Notes: generated from the letters alone by a model not told the origin. DNA of 64,000 nt from Balanoglossus misakiensis (GCA_040954595.2 CM082598.2:930001-994000); one strand, 5' to 3'. Shown: positions 39,201 through 52,549, counted from the stretch's first letter. Made by a program: numbers and translations.

Positions 39201-40888
39201 GAAAAATCAAGATGGTACATCTTTTTGAAATTGCAAATTTGGGCATCTCTGTTTAATTGTTTATATGGTTGATTTGTTATAGAATATAAGTTATTTATTT
39301 TTGACAATTGACTCGAATCATCAACTAAGTCACCAGTCACTAACTATGTATAGAGGTCATGATGTCCGATAGTAATATCCAATGTATTCATGCATTTGTC
39401 ATGACAATTGGACAACTTCAATTTCTAGTAATTTGTAAATGTACTTGGACAGGGTTGGGTGTTGCATTTTCTGTAGTCTTCATAACTTCCATCACAATGT
39501 TTTTCAAATCCAGTCGGTAATCCCACACATATTCTGTATCTTTCCTGGTATCCTGTAGCGCATGTAACTGTGCAGTCTGACCAAGAGGTCCATGTGTTCC
39601 ATGTCAGTGGAGTTTCTAGAAGGTTAGAGAAGGGGAGGGGGAGAGAGAAAAGAGAGCGAGAGAGAGAAGGGGGGGGGGGAGAATAAATGCCTGATCAGTG
39701 ATGTTGGAAGCAAGCCTCAGCATTTCTCATGTCTTTTCACCCACCAACATTTGTATGCCAGTGAGATCTTCATCTACAAAGTACTTTTGTTTTCCTTTCA
39801 TAAACAAGTCTACATTTTACATGGCTGTATAGGAACTTGCCTCAAACCATTGTCAACTGTGATGTTTATTGTTTGCAACTTAGCCACAACTATGTCGATT
39901 AATATGGGAGTCATTTTCAGGCAAGGTTTATCATGCACTGTCCTCTACATTGTATACACTTACTTCTGCTTTGAACAAGCTGATGTATCTGCAGATATTT
40001 AATGTTTCCTGAATCTATGTCTTGTCATTATCAAAGCTTACCTGGAACGTCACAGGTTTCTCCATAAAATCTTTCTTCAGCCCGACATGTACATGAAAAC
40101 TGGTCTGGGCGTGAAACGCACCAACTGTTGTGTTTGCAGGGTTGATCAGAGCACGACTCAACGAAAAATGTCTAACAGATAGAACAGGAAAATGGCAGTG
40201 ATGCTTTGCTCAGTTCAAAAGCAGTGGTTGAACATAATAGACAGAAAGGAGAAGTGAAAAATGATGAACTAACCACACATAGGAAAGCTATTAGCATCAG
40301 TAACAAAGTCCTTATTTTGTGACTCTTGGTTTCAACTTGTGTTATTATAGACTTTGCATTTTCATAGGCCTACACATACAAAGTAAAATCAGTGTTTATC
40401 TGTTGCAAAAAAAATTTTTCCATTCAAGCCCTGTCCTGAATGTTTTTAGAATTTTAAAAGTTATTTTCATTTGTAAGTGCTTCATTGCTACTTATCCTTG
40501 AAACAGCTTCGGTGAAAGATAATTGTTTTTATTTTTAACTTCTACTAACATGCACTTTACTTACCTTATTTGGAAATAGGGTTTTGATATCTTCCTTCAA
40601 AGCAGACTGGTAACCAAGGTGATGTGTTTGTTCTTCAGTTGTTTGGTGTAAATAACATTTACGAAAAAATTCAACGTAGCTTATAGCTTTGCAAGAGTTA
40701 TCTCGTCGTAGGCATTCATGGACACACATTAAAGGCGAATATGAATTGTAAACTTCGTGAAAATATATCTGTTGGCTGGCGTCTTTGACAAAAGACTTCA
40801 GTGCATGTTTGGTGACCATATAAGGGAAGACAAACACAAAATTTAGAAGTAGCCCAAAACACATCAAAACAGAAATGAGACATGCCAT
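36236..40888 (-). CDS. Secreted mosaic protein: signal peptide-PAN/apple-EGF-TSP1-degenerate TSP1-SRCR-TSP1-CCP/sushi-kringle (>=559 aa; last exon uncertain)
   Basis: Exons 40888-40565 (signal peptide, PAN: [20 protein letters not shown]), 40171-40042 (EGF: [21 protein letters not shown]), 39615-39445 ([17 protein letters not shown]), 38794-38645 ([13 protein letters not shown]), 38470-38318 plus 37985-37824 (SRCR: [21 protein letters not shown]), 37458-37288 ([24 protein letters not shown]), 36970-36809 (sushi) and 36490-36236 (kringle: YRG..CQKW..HNYCRN..WCYT). Phases are consistent. A short terminal exon near 35260 (PQT*) is possible. Confidence 0.85.
37584..37806. repeat. (TACA)n/(CA)n microsatellite
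   Basis: Read directly. It explains the MCVY-type ORFs. Confidence 0.95.
38026..38280. mobile_element. TTAA-flanked MITE (family K2), degenerate right end
   Basis: TTAA|AGGTATACAGTCACC..., homologous to 44073-44232. Confidence 0.6.
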
Positions 40889-41768
40889 CGTATTAGTCCA
40901 TCAGTTTATGGAAAATGCCAGGTGATAACAGCGTGTCAGCGTATTTCAAAATGATGAACCAAATTCCCAGGAATTGACTAGTATCAGCTAAAGTCGCAGA
41001 ATCCTGTGAGACTCTTATTACGATCAACGACGTCTTTATGTACTATGAAGAAGTACCCAGCTGCATTACTTTTAGGTTGTGTATGCATGACATAACACCA
41101 ATGATATACAAGGTTACAAATTAAGACCTTTCTGAACTTCACAAAAACCTGTGACATGTTGCGTTGCTAGGCAATTTTTATTGGTAAACATTCTCGTAAC
41201 ACACTATGCAAGTACACCATTGGTTCATATGTGCCACACAAATTAAAATTTTTGTATAACTCTTCACCTTGTCTAGTTCCATAAGTTTACTTGGCTACCG
41301 ACCTGTTGCTATGGTAATTGTAACCAAGTGTCACAAAATCTCGCTAAGAAAGGAACTTAGAAAGATTGTTATGTCGCTGTTTTCAGTTTTTCTTGTTGCG
41401 TTAGTGATCAACTGAAAATGTAATATTAATTATAACCTTTCGAAACCCAATCATGTAATGGAAACTTTCCATTAATCCATGATAATAATTACACTAGTAA
41501 CAATTTCTTTGTGTAACCATGCATCGAGCAATCAAGAATACGTACAGTAGAACAGTTTGCCAATCACAAGTTTCTTGACAATAGCTTTTTTTAACTCCAA
41601 TTACTTGATTGAAGTATTTGATTTACACACATTGGGGTATATTTCATGAGATGCATTTTGCGTTGCGTGATTTTGTAATGTCTCTGCCAGCATGAGGCGA
41701 GTTACAGTTGAGATTACCAGGTAGCGAGGGAGAAGTACCTGGTACAAACAAGGAAGTGCAATAAATTA

Positions 41769-42078
41769 AGCAATAAAACACCCCCAGCCATGGTATACCA
41801 CGAGATTTTGACCAGTTCACGACATATACGCACGAGCGATAGCGAGTGCGTATATGGAGTTGAACTGGTCAAAATCGAGTGGTATACCATGGCTGGGGGT
41901 GTTTTATTGCTATTATATTATGCCAGTATATTGAAACTTTGCATAAAACATTTTAAAAAGGCATTTTCTTTGACTATGATATATGACTGTGGTATATGGC
42001 TAATATATCACGGTCACATGTCGTGTCTCGACCAATCAAATAGCTTGATTTACACCATCAATATACTGGTATAATATA
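41769..42078. mobile_element. Double-hairpin non-autonomous element
   Basis: Near-perfect 143-bp palindrome 41769-41911 centred on GAGCGATAGCGAG, followed by TATATTATGCCAGTATATTG...CAATATACTGGTATAATATA. Confidence 0.7.
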
Positions 42079-42633
42079 ATTTACAACGAAGTGTCCTAAT
42101 GCGCACTCAAAGATCACCTTTGTACTCATGTCAAGTCCAGTCCAGTGTTTATATCTCTATCAGTGCATTTATATTTCATTAACCTATCTGACTTCATGTG
42201 AACAACTTGTACAACATATAAGGTAAGCGAAACACCTTTTGCATTCAAGCACATTTGAAAGTGTCACAGTTGTTATCATTTCATGGCTCTGAAGTTCCAA
42301 TACTTCTGGGACAGATGATAAATTGCCTCTTTCAAACATTGATATTTCTGAGGTTGTTGAGCTGTAGGAAAATATATCAGATACACCCTTCCAGCCCTAG
42401 ACATCATTCACTTCTGCACAAGCTTGTCAAAAAATTGAATCTTGATCCTGTGACTGGATCGGTCAAGTCCTCAATGAGAATCCAGTGAATTTGCTTTTTA
42501 TTTGTGTTCTGTTTGAGTGGTGTTTTTTCCATTATATCTAGGCATCTTGTGTGTGTTGTATGCCATTTTACACTTTATATGGCAATGTAATAAAAACTAG
42601 CTGTTAGCGTCTCATGCTGTGGATCCTTTAATA

Positions 42634-43104
42634 AGGGACAAAGTCTCTCTCTCGCTGCCCTTTTTTCCATTAATTATATTTGATACAAGACACCGTTCAT
42701 GTTATTCTACATGTGGATATATAGTGAATCAATGTTCAACCACACACAACTTCCAGGACAAAGTCTCTCTCTCGCTGCCCTTTTTTCCATTAATTATATT
42801 TGATACAAGACACTGTTTGTTATTCTACATGTGGATATATAGTGAATGAACATTCAACCACACACAACTTCCATACCTCTTATAGACAGGAGAGTGAAAA
42901 AACTCGCCAAAATGAATAATCGTTCTTTACCATTTATTCATTTTGGGCGAGTTTTTACTCTCATATCATGCAAGCGGGATGGAAGTTGTGTGTGGTTGAA
43001 CGTTCATTCACTACATATACACATGTATATTAACATCAACGGTGTCTTGTATCAAACGTAATTAATGTAAAAGGGGCAGCGAGAGAGAGACTTTGTCCCT
43101 TTAA
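42634..43104. mobile_element. MITE family K1 with a duplicated left arm
   Basis: AGGGACAAAGTCTC at 42634 restarts as GGACAAAGTCTC at ~42756. Ends CCCT|TTAA. Confidence 0.85.
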
Positions 43105-44072
43105 GATGAGAACAATATGGGGTTGTTCATACAGGGACCACTAAGACGGTTCTGAAACATCTTAGATCAAATACTGGCATAAATTATTATCAGTAAACGG
43201 TTGAAGTGGTCCTGAAAATGAGCTGCAGTTTTAAAATTCCATGTCCAACGACATAAACTCTTTCAGAATTAAAAGCTGCATTCTACACTATAGTAGCTCA
43301 GATGGACCAATATATTAGTGCTAAAGTGTGATGCAAAAGTACACTAAGTTTCTTTTCCATTACCGAAGTCTTGGACCAATTATTACTTTTAATAATAACT
43401 CAACAATTACATACTTAATAAGACAATGCTGAAAACTTCCATGAGAATTCTTTGTCCAAGGTGGACTGCAGATGTGATTGGATTCAAACTCAAAATGTAC
43501 CAGGTAGACAATTAGCGTGTGACTAAATGCCACTGTGGTGTTTAGATTGTACATCCTGATAAGATGGTGTGATAAGAGAAGTATGTTACCTTTTAAAAAC
43601 AAACAAATGGTGATATAAAAATGCAAATCAGTTAGATACATTGGAATGCTCGGAACCATTTATCAGAATACTGTCAATAAATTCAGCCTTCGGCCTGCAA
43701 TCTTTATAACCCTTTTACGTCCATTGTTTGGTCCAAATCGATTGTTTTCTATGGTAAAGTTGAACCTCTATAGATGGAACTGGGGTGAAAGAGTTAATAA
43801 GTCGATAAGATAGCTGACTATAAAACTGTTGCAGACTACATCATGTACAAAAAAGTTACACACAGTACATGTATATGTATTCAGACCTTTGACATGTGAC
43901 ATCATGTTGTATTTAGTTGTCTTTGGAGCAGAGGACTGTTACTTTAACATTTTCATTACTGTTCAATTTTACCTGATTTTTTTAATTAATTTTTTGTACG
44001 CTTAGATTATATACAGTGAAAATAATGTCAACATTTTTTCTTGTACTTTTTGTCAACTGACAATTGTCTGAC

Positions 44073-44232
44073 TTAAAGGAACACAATCACCTCTAATTTA
44101 CATATTTCCATAAATGGCAAAAATGGCACTTTTTTTTCATGTGTACCACCCACTGAAAATCTGTGATTGGCTAGATCTCATTTTGCCATGGTAACTGTAG
44201 CTAAATTTCCATAGGTGACTGTATTCCTTTAA
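44073..44232. mobile_element. TTAA-flanked MITE (family K2)
   Basis: TTAA|AGGAACACAATCACC...GGTGACTGTATTCCT|TTAA. Confidence 0.75.
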
Positions 44233-44337
44233 CTATTTATTTTCTTAATGTTTGCTATTTGGCAGGTAATTACTCTACCTATGTTAGCATCATGGGGATA
44301 ATTTGTTTATTTCTTTATTTACAGAACACTGACCAAA

Positions 44338-45509
44338 ATGCCAGTACCCAACTTCCCATACAAAATAGCTGCTGGAATCAGCGTTATTCATCTTCTTTTT
44401 GGGTTAATATTGATTGCTTCGAGTATTTTTATAATAACATATAATTGCGAAATGTATATCTTTGGTTGGATGGCCGGTGCATGGTTCGTAAGTATCTTTC
44501 TACAACCTCTCCGCACAAAGTTGTTTGTGTAACTGACTTTGTGGTTTTTATGCCCTTCATTCATATTTTGCATAATGTATTTTAATCAAATTTAGTATAT
44601 GAATTCTCAAGAAATGGCTTGGTTTTTTCCAATGTATTCTTTACGCACATTCATGTTATGAGACAAATGTTTAAAACAGCTGTTTAAAATATTAGGAATG
44701 CCTTTTATGACAGATCTTGTATAGTTGGTAGGATTTGAGATTTTTGTCCTTCATTTTCCAGCTCATATTGGTGGGAACATTTGGATGTTTGTCGGTAACG
44801 AGAAATAGCAAAGGATATGTGAGTGTTAAAACCGTTAAACTAATCAATTTTATACCGAATAAAATGTTTGTTAGTAAATATTAAAGAAGTGCGATGACTT
44901 GGACGGTGTTTGCAAACAATGCAAAAGTGCCCCCCTTTCAGTGCTTTGGTGTCCACTTTAAATATGTTTTACTGTAATTTTTTTTGTTTTCAATATTCCA
45001 GATTACCGCATCGTTAGTATTATCGATAATTTGGGCTAGCCTTGTTTGTCTGGCATTGACGGTTACCACATTAATAATCTTAATTTCTTCCTCCTATATA
45101 AACGAGGTATGTATACATAAAAGGTTAATAAGAGAACATTTTTGCATTTGCAGGGTTCATTACTAAATAACAAATGTGTGGACAAAGGCTGTCATGAACA
45201 AGATAGGGCCAAAACTTTGTGTAATAGTTTACTGAGCTTGAAGATAATCATATGATCGTGCCAATTACGAGGTATAATTTTACATTTCAGATGCAATTAT
45301 TTTATGCTTATAAGTTTGTTAATTAACAGCCAAAATACAAATTTTGTATTTCAGTTAATTTTGATTAAGTTCACATCATGTGTTTCTTTTACTAGAGAAC
45401 ACCCTGTGTTTCTGCATACATTACTATGGTATGTTTAGCTTTGACATCTGCTATCCTGGCCATCATCAATGCTGTACTTTGTTGTTCAATCTGGAGCGAT
45501 AGTAAAACG
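44338..45509 (+). CDS. MS4A/CD20-like four-transmembrane protein, unit A (3' end ambiguous)
   Basis: Phase-0 exons 44338-44487 (GISVIHLLFGLILI...GWMAGAWF), 44762-44818 (LILVGTFGCLS), 45002-45106 (ITASLVLSII) and 45396-45509 (AIINAVLCC). The exon layout and the G-W-x-G / ASLVLSI pattern are typical of MS4A. Possible terminal exon 45969-46043. Confidence 0.7.
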
Positions 45510-45519
45510 GTAAGAAATA

Positions 45520-45948
45520 TTAAAGAGACAAAGTCTCTCTCTCTCGCTGCCCTTTTTACAATAATTATGTTTGATACAAGACACCATTTATGTTATTCTA
45601 CATGTTGATATACATGTATAGTGAATCAACGTTCAACCACACACACCTCCCAGGACAAAGTCTCTCTCTCTCGCTGCCCTTTTTCCATTAATTATGTTTG
45701 ATACAATACGCCATTTAAGTTATTCTACATGTGGATATATAGTGAATCAACGTTCAACCACACACAACTTCCACCCTGCTGGTAGCCACGAGAGTGAAAA
45801 ACTCCCGAGGTTTTTACTGTCATATCCTTCAAATGGGATAGAAGTTGTGTTTGGTTGAACATTGATTCACTATATATCCACATGTGGTGTCTTGTATCAA
45901 ACATAATTGATGGAAAAGGGCAGCGAGAGAGCAACTTTGTCACTTTAA
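45520..45948. mobile_element. MITE family K1 with a duplicated left arm
   Basis: TTAA|AGAGACAAAGTCTC, restart at ~45653, ends CAACTTTGTCACT|TTAA. Confidence 0.8.
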
Positions 45949-46094
45949 TGTCTCACTTATACCTGCAGTCACACCCAAGACTTTACAATACAGATCAACA
46001 GTTCATCAATTCATATCCTATTAATTTATCTGTCAGCCACTAGCTAATTACACATTGCCATAACCTGTCAATCACTCATACATCGACCTATACA

Positions 46095-46153
46095 TCATCC
46101 ATCCATCCATCCATCCATCCATCCATCCATCCATCCATCCATCCATCCATCCA
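46095..46153. repeat. (ATCC)n microsatellite
   Basis: Read directly. Confidence 0.95.
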
Positions 46154-46351
46154 ACTACAACCACCCACCCACATTACATCTAAACATTCCCTTTAATAAA
46201 GTCTACAGTCAGACAATTCTCCTGTTATGATCTACATTGTTCATTAGAATGTACGGTAGCTTTCAACTTTTCAATTTCCTTCTTGCCTGTTTTATGCCAG
46301 TCAACCAACTGCTCTAATTTGTTTATCTCTCTTTCCACATTCAATTTTCAG

Positions 46352-49171
46352 ATGGATGACACCCAGCACTTACTCCAACAAGCCTTACAACAAACGAAAA
46401 AGAAACAAACCTTACCACGCAAGACAACAGTTGGACTTGGTGTCTCTCAGTGTGTACTTGGAGTTATTTCGGTGGTCAGTGGTGCACTTGCAACTATCTT
46501 TGATTGTGCTGAAATATGGAATGTTTCATTTGGTATATGGGTCGGTCTTTTGGTAAGTATTCTGTATATCTCACAACTACAATTATATACATACACTGTA
46601 TTGATGCACCGACTGATGGAATATCCTGATTTTCATTTTTGTCAATCTCTTTGCTGTATACGTGTACAAAGAGAATTACAGTAAAAGCAGGCATCATAGT
46701 CCAGTGGTTATAATAGAGCAGTTATGATCAGAGGATGGTGAGTTCGAGCCCCGGCATGGCTGTGGGTGTTGTGTCCTGGAGCAAGGCACTTTGCTTCTCA
46801 TTGTTTCTCCCCCCACCCCCATCCCCCACCCAGGAGTAGGGTATGGCGATATCTTTTGCTTACGCAGTTCAGTATTCTTATGCTATGTAGTGTGAGGCGA
46901 CAGCATAAGAATACCGTACAGCGTAAGTAAAAGATGTCACTGTTCCCTACATTTGATTTTAATCAGATTGGCTGAACATGTGAGCTGTTGTTTGCTCCCT
47001 AGGGAGTAGAATGGATCACCATGCAAGCACTATTTGACAAGTGCACTTTATTTAAACATACATTTATTATTCAACTGAATCCTGACTAATCTGGAACCAA
47101 ACACCTTTTCCTGTCCTCTATAACAAGCCCAAAGTTATTACCTGGATATCTCTGTAAACCGAACAGTTCTTTTTTGTGTGTCTGGTTTAGAAGGTGTACT
47201 GGTAACTGTACTTTCAAACTGGTAGTTGCCTATGAAATTTGTCCATTTGACTAATATCTTTCAGATCATAGCAACAGGGAGTTTTGGATGCTTTTCAATA
47301 ATCTTCAGGAGGAAAAATCAAATAGTGAGTATAACAATTACACACATCCATCAATTAAGTGAGCAACTGTTTCTCATATTGATTGTTTGCATATATATTC
47401 TTTAGACAACTTTCTTTTGTACTGAATGCATTTTCCACTGAAGTATTTTGAATGATATTTAATAAACTTTTGATTGTACAGCCCCTTCAGTACAGACAAT
47501 GACCAACAAAGTAAATAGAATCAAGTCAAATCCATGAAAGAAAGATAATAAATTGAACTTCTGGCAAAAAGCTATCCCCAGTCCCACATGTGGCATCCAG
47601 AAATTTCTAGATGAGTGCTTGCACTTTTTGGGGAATACCCTTTTGTTGCAAAATCTAATATAAGGACCTGTAAAAAGCCTATTGTAGTAAACTTGGCTTA
47701 GAGAAGAGTTATATATTGTAATAATAACAACAACAACAACAACAACAACAATAATAATAATGCATGTATTTAATAGCATAGAATAATCCACTTATATTTG
47801 GCTATTCTCACACTCATCATTTTAATGTATTTTTTCACTTTTCAGATGATTACATCATTAATATTGTCCATACTGTGTGCAATATTTTCTCCTGTGATGT
47901 TGTGTGTCATTGCAATACCAGTCTATAATAGACGGTGGTATATACATCAATGTTCTATAGAACTGGACTATCACCCAGACTGTTATTTACTGGTAAGGAT
48001 ACGTTTATACATATATACCTGGTACATTCATACATTAGGTATATAAAAAATCAACCATATTGTTGGGTGTACTGTTATGGAACCATTAGTGCACATTTTC
48101 TTGTTGTTGAAGTGTGAGCCAGACCAAAGCTGAAAGTTGTTTAAAAATGTTTGGATGACTTCATTCAAAGGATGGGTGTAAAAGTGTGTTTGTATTACAA
48201 TCACACTTAAACACCCATTCTTTGAATGAAGTCCCAGAAACCATCATGAATGAAGTCATCCAAACATTTTAAATATGTGTATAATGCAAGCATGCATCCA
48301 TTCATGTGTGTGTGTGTGTGTTTTTTTAATAATTGTGTACCAGCACATACACTTCATGTTCACAATTGCATGAAAATGACAGCAGTTCGTAATGTTATCC
48401 TACAGGAAGAGACAAATGCCATGTGCATACCAGTGCAAAATTAATGTATTCCATCAAGATGATCATAGTGTCTTAATAGGGAATCCTTGTACTTGATATA
48501 CATAAGTTCCCACTGTCCTAGTGTATATATGGAGAGTGTTTTCGATTTCAAGTTGGTCTTAAAGCAGATGTTTTGAGCAATATGTTTCTTTTTCTGCCCT
48601 CAGCATTGCTTGGTCCCAGAAACCATCATGATTTGCGTTGCAACAATCTCCACTCTCCTTGCTGTCATCAATGCATCTCTTGGCTGTGTTGTGTGTTCTT
48701 CTCTTCAGAATGCAAACCCAAAGGTATTTTAATCTCATATTATTTTGGCCGAACAGTGTCTGAGTCACAGAATCCAGACTTGTGTGTCTTTTTTCGCTTT
48801 GATTACATTATACACTTTCTGGCCTTGTTGTCTATGAGACAAATTAGGCATTCTGGTAGTGAGGACATAGCCATTTGTCGGTTGAAAAAATAAACAAATA
48901 AATAAATAAACAAACAACCACCACCATCATCATGATACATATGTCCAATGAGCAAGTTCCATATTTTGGAACGATTCTGCACAATTTATCTCCGTGACAA
49001 CTTTGAGGCAATACAGCTTGTCTATTGACATATTGTCAGCATTTGTTATCATACACTACCTGATTTTATCTTGAATTTTTTATATTGATTTCTATAAAAT
49101 AGCAAATCCCAGCAAGCTGCACTCAAACACAGCATACTATGAAGAGCCCAAAATCATGCATCCAAGAATAA
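46352..49171 (+). CDS. MS4A/CD20-like four-transmembrane protein, unit B (~198 aa)
   Basis: Phase-0 exons 46352-46552 (LGVSQCVLGVISV...FGIWVGLL), 47265-47324 (IIATGSFGC), 47846-47992 (MITSLILSILCA), 48604-48723 (LAVINASLGC) and 49103-49171 (stop). Paralogous to unit A exon by exon. Confidence 0.78.
46690..47071 (+). mobile_element. tRNA-derived SINE interrupted by a MITE
   Basis: A-box-like TAGTCCAGTGG, B-box GTTCGAGCCC, CORE-like GTGTCCTGGAGCAAGGCACTT and an AT-rich tail. The MITE occupies 46837-46971. Confidence 0.65.
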
Positions 49172-49551
49172 ACTCTCTCTGTGCTTTCTTGACCGATGTT
49201 CCTGTTTATGCTCTCTTTACTGTATATAGTTTGTATTAATAACTGGCAATGAGGAACTGTTGTCTGCCTTACAAGGAGGTAAGATCATCTATGCATTTCA
49301 TTTATCCAAATTTTGCTGTATTTTCCTTCAGTTACGCTCCACGTACTTATGCAACACTTTCACATTTTGGTGGTTCCTACAATCGGGTACAATATTGTTT
49401 ATATAATCATTTACAGGTGGTGCATAGTCATGAGTCATCAAATTTTTTGTTTGGGGTCACAAGTCTATGCATATTCTGAGGGGTCATTTGATATAAAATA
49501 ATCAACTCATTATTATACATTAGAATGTCAAAAATGTTTATCAGCAATGTA

Positions 49552-49898
49552 TTAAAGGGACATTAGCTGTAACTTTTACCTTCATTTCCAGTATTTTTGT
49601 TTGTGTACCAAATGCAAATGTTTGCTCTATTCCAAACAGCATGATTATATACCCAGTACTCAACTTGTCAACATAGCCTGTATGTGTGTAGCGGCCACTT
49701 TTATTGTTGACAAATGAATTCTAGTCCGGACTTCAAATTTTGAACAATAACAATGCTGACTTTTAATACAGGTTGTGCTTCAAAGCAGGATACTTGGCAT
49801 TTCATCACGTTTCAGGAATTTGTACAAGAAACTGTGGAAGGAACTCAAACCAAAAATACTGAAAACATCGAGAAAAATTACAGCCAATGAAGCATTAA
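49552..49898. mobile_element. TTAA-flanked MITE (family K3)
   Basis: TTAA|AGGGACATTAGCTGTAA...TTACAGCCAATGAAGCA|TTAA, imperfect TIRs. Confidence 0.55.
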
Positions 49899-50486
49899 CT
49901 AACCCCTTTATGCAGTGTAACGTCTGGCCTTCTTGTTCAGCAATCCATCTTTGCATCCAAAAAAAGAACTATAACCACAACACACTAAAACTTCAATGTT
50001 CTGTTTTCAGACACTCAAGGACAAACCAACCCAGCTGCAGTGATATCAGACGGCTTGGATATACGAAATGAGCACCTCATAGCCGAGACCAGGCTCAGAT
50101 AATTATGTGTGAGACAAATTAAGTGTTTGTAACATTTATGGAACCAATATGTTTCAACTTTTCACAAAGATCAACAAACTAACTTTACAACTAGATAAAC
50201 ACCAACTTATTTTTGAGAAAAAAAACAACAGGTAGTTTCGGTCCAACCAGAACTGGGTCGCATGTTTTTTCCATGTGATGGAACAGCATTAAGAACCAAT
50301 ACCAATCCAAATCATAAAGTGATTTTGTCTACAAGATTAGGGAATAAATCCAAGATCAACTGTAGTATGGCTAGGGGTCCTATCTTGAACATCACCCGAG
50401 TGAACCTGGTAAGTGCTGGTTTCAGGTAGATATTAGTCTCAAATCCAGACATATGTTATGAATATTCTAGGGATGTGATGACAAAA

Positions 50487-50716
50487 ATATTTGAGTCCCA
50501 CTAATGTAGATAAACTGGTGTATTGCTTTGTCCAATTAATTTTCTCTGTAAATTAATGCTCATTTGAATTAATTTTCTCTGTAAATTAATGCTCATTTGA
50601 AATATTTGAGTCCCACTAATGTAGATAAACTGGTGTATTGCTTTGACCAATTAATTTTCTCTGTAAATTAATGCTCATTTGAATTAATTTTCTCTGTAAA
50701 TTAATGCTCATTTGAT
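50487..50716. repeat. Tandem duplication (~115 bp) with an internal 30-bp repeat
   Basis: ATATTTGAGTCCCACTAATG twice and AATTAATTTTCTCTGTAAATTAATGCTCATTTG four times. Confidence 0.85.
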
Positions 50717-51309
50717 TTGATGAATAAAAGATGCATATATCATCAAAGAGAGAGATTGCAAGAGAGAATATGAGAGGGAGAGAGAGACAGGGGGAGATGG
50801 AAAAAGAGAATATGAGAGGGGGAGAGAGAGAGGGAAAGAGGAGAGACAGAAGGAAGGAGGAACGAAGAGGTGGAGAGTGGTGATGTTGGCTGACACAGAG
50901 ACAACAACTGACAAAGACAGATAAGTATAGAGAATCTCATATCTTTGCTCGTATCTTTGGTCCAACTTCTCTGTGAATGTTTTTAATACGGCGAGAAATG
51001 TTTTTTATCATGTTTATCGCAACTTGTCAGGTATCAACCACTCTTTTGCAAAAATTAACAGCCTATTTGTTAATTTATCTCTTTAAACATTTGTCGAAAC
51101 ATTTAGGGGGAAAGGCAGTGTTTTTCAGTAGATTTGATAGTCCGCGCGTAACTGCAGTATTACTTTACTTCAATCTACAAATATGTATCCACTGTCAAAG
51201 TTCTTAACAGGTTTGCACGGCGGAAATCTTTTCTTGGATAATTTCATTTCAGCAGCCTAGCCAGATACACAGTAAACGAGGTCAAATCCGGGTAGCACAA
51301 ATCCAGGCA

Positions 51310-51795
51310 CGTATATCATGTTGGGAGGTGATTTCAATGCAAGAACACGATCACGGAACGACTTTATTACAGATGATTCAATCGACAATTCAGATACCGT
51401 AGATTATTATTTCTGATGATTTTCAATTACCGCGTAATTCTAAAGATATGGTTATCAACAATGCTTGTAAATTACCTGCAGAAATATGCAAGGGCTTCGA
51501 TTTACATATTCAAAACGGAAGACGTGTGACGATAAAAATGGTGACGTGGCTTGTGTTACGGGTAATGGTTCAGGTGTAGTGTATTAAATAAGTGTGTCTT
51601 CCAGCTTATATTATTGTGGACGTAAATTATTTTGCTGATCATTTCCCTACATCTGTAAAGGATAATTCATGTATGGGGCCAATAATCTCGATTACTGCTA
51701 GTCAGAAAAATACAATGGTTTATTTCATGTCGTATATCATGTTGGGAGGTGATTTCAATGACAGGATCACGGGACAACTTTATTACAGATGATGA
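51310..51795 (+). pseudogene. Degenerate non-LTR retrotransposon AP-endonuclease fragment
   Basis: IMLGGDFNART...DFITDD followed by frameshifted LPRNSKDMVINN..L.EICKGFDLHIQNGR. The GGDFN segment is repeated at ~51732-51795. Confidence 0.75.
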
Positions 51796-52209
51796 CAAAA
51801 TCACCAAAACTCGCAAAGTCGGGAAATCGTCATTTTTAGACAATTTTCATGAACTATAATCCATGAAAAATGTGCAGAAATGACAAAATCACCAAAACTC
51901 GCAAAGTCGGGAAATCGTCATTTTTAGACAATTTTCATGAGCGTGTTACAAAGTGTAAGTATAAACTCGAATGTAAAAACCATGTTGATTTTTCGCGGGA
52001 TTCCATCGTCGTATCTGACGATCAACATTACGGCAATCAATAAATGCGTGTCTCTTTGTCGATTTCTACCGCTGCCTGCTCTGTGATGCAAGAAAAGTCG
52101 CAACCAAATGTAGATCCAGTGAAAGGGGCGTGTTTGGGCTCGCGAAAATGACGGGACACGTAATCAGAAATTTTGTGTTGTTTCATAATGTTTTTGAACG
52201 ATTTTCATC

Positions 52210-52545
52210 CATGTGGAAGGGAGGGTTCCGATTGAGCAATATGTTTTTTGTTCCACTGTCCCCGGAAAGAGCCGTTGGCGATAAGTACAAGAATATGTGT
52301 ATGTGTTAATTAATTTGAGCTATTTCTATCTAGCCTATGTGGAAAGGAGAGTTCCGATAGGTCAATTCAAATGTGTTCAATGTCATATTGTCTCTAGAAA
52401 GAGCCGTTGGCGATGAGTAGCAGAATATGAATATGTGTTAAAGTTGAACTATTTCTGTCAATGTGGAAGGGATAGTTCCGATAGGTCAATTCAAATGTGT
52501 TTATTTGTTCTATTGTCTCTGGTAAGAGCCGTTAGCGATGAGTTG
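52210..52545. repeat. Three ~120-bp tandem repeats
   Basis: ATGTGGAA(G/A)GGA..GTTCCGAT...AGAGCCGTT(G/A)GCGAT three times. Confidence 0.8.
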
Positions 52546-52549
52546 GCCT

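Noticed and set aside
46690-46770. Possible tRNA gene
   Set aside because: A and B boxes are present but there is no good cloverleaf, and a SINE body follows.
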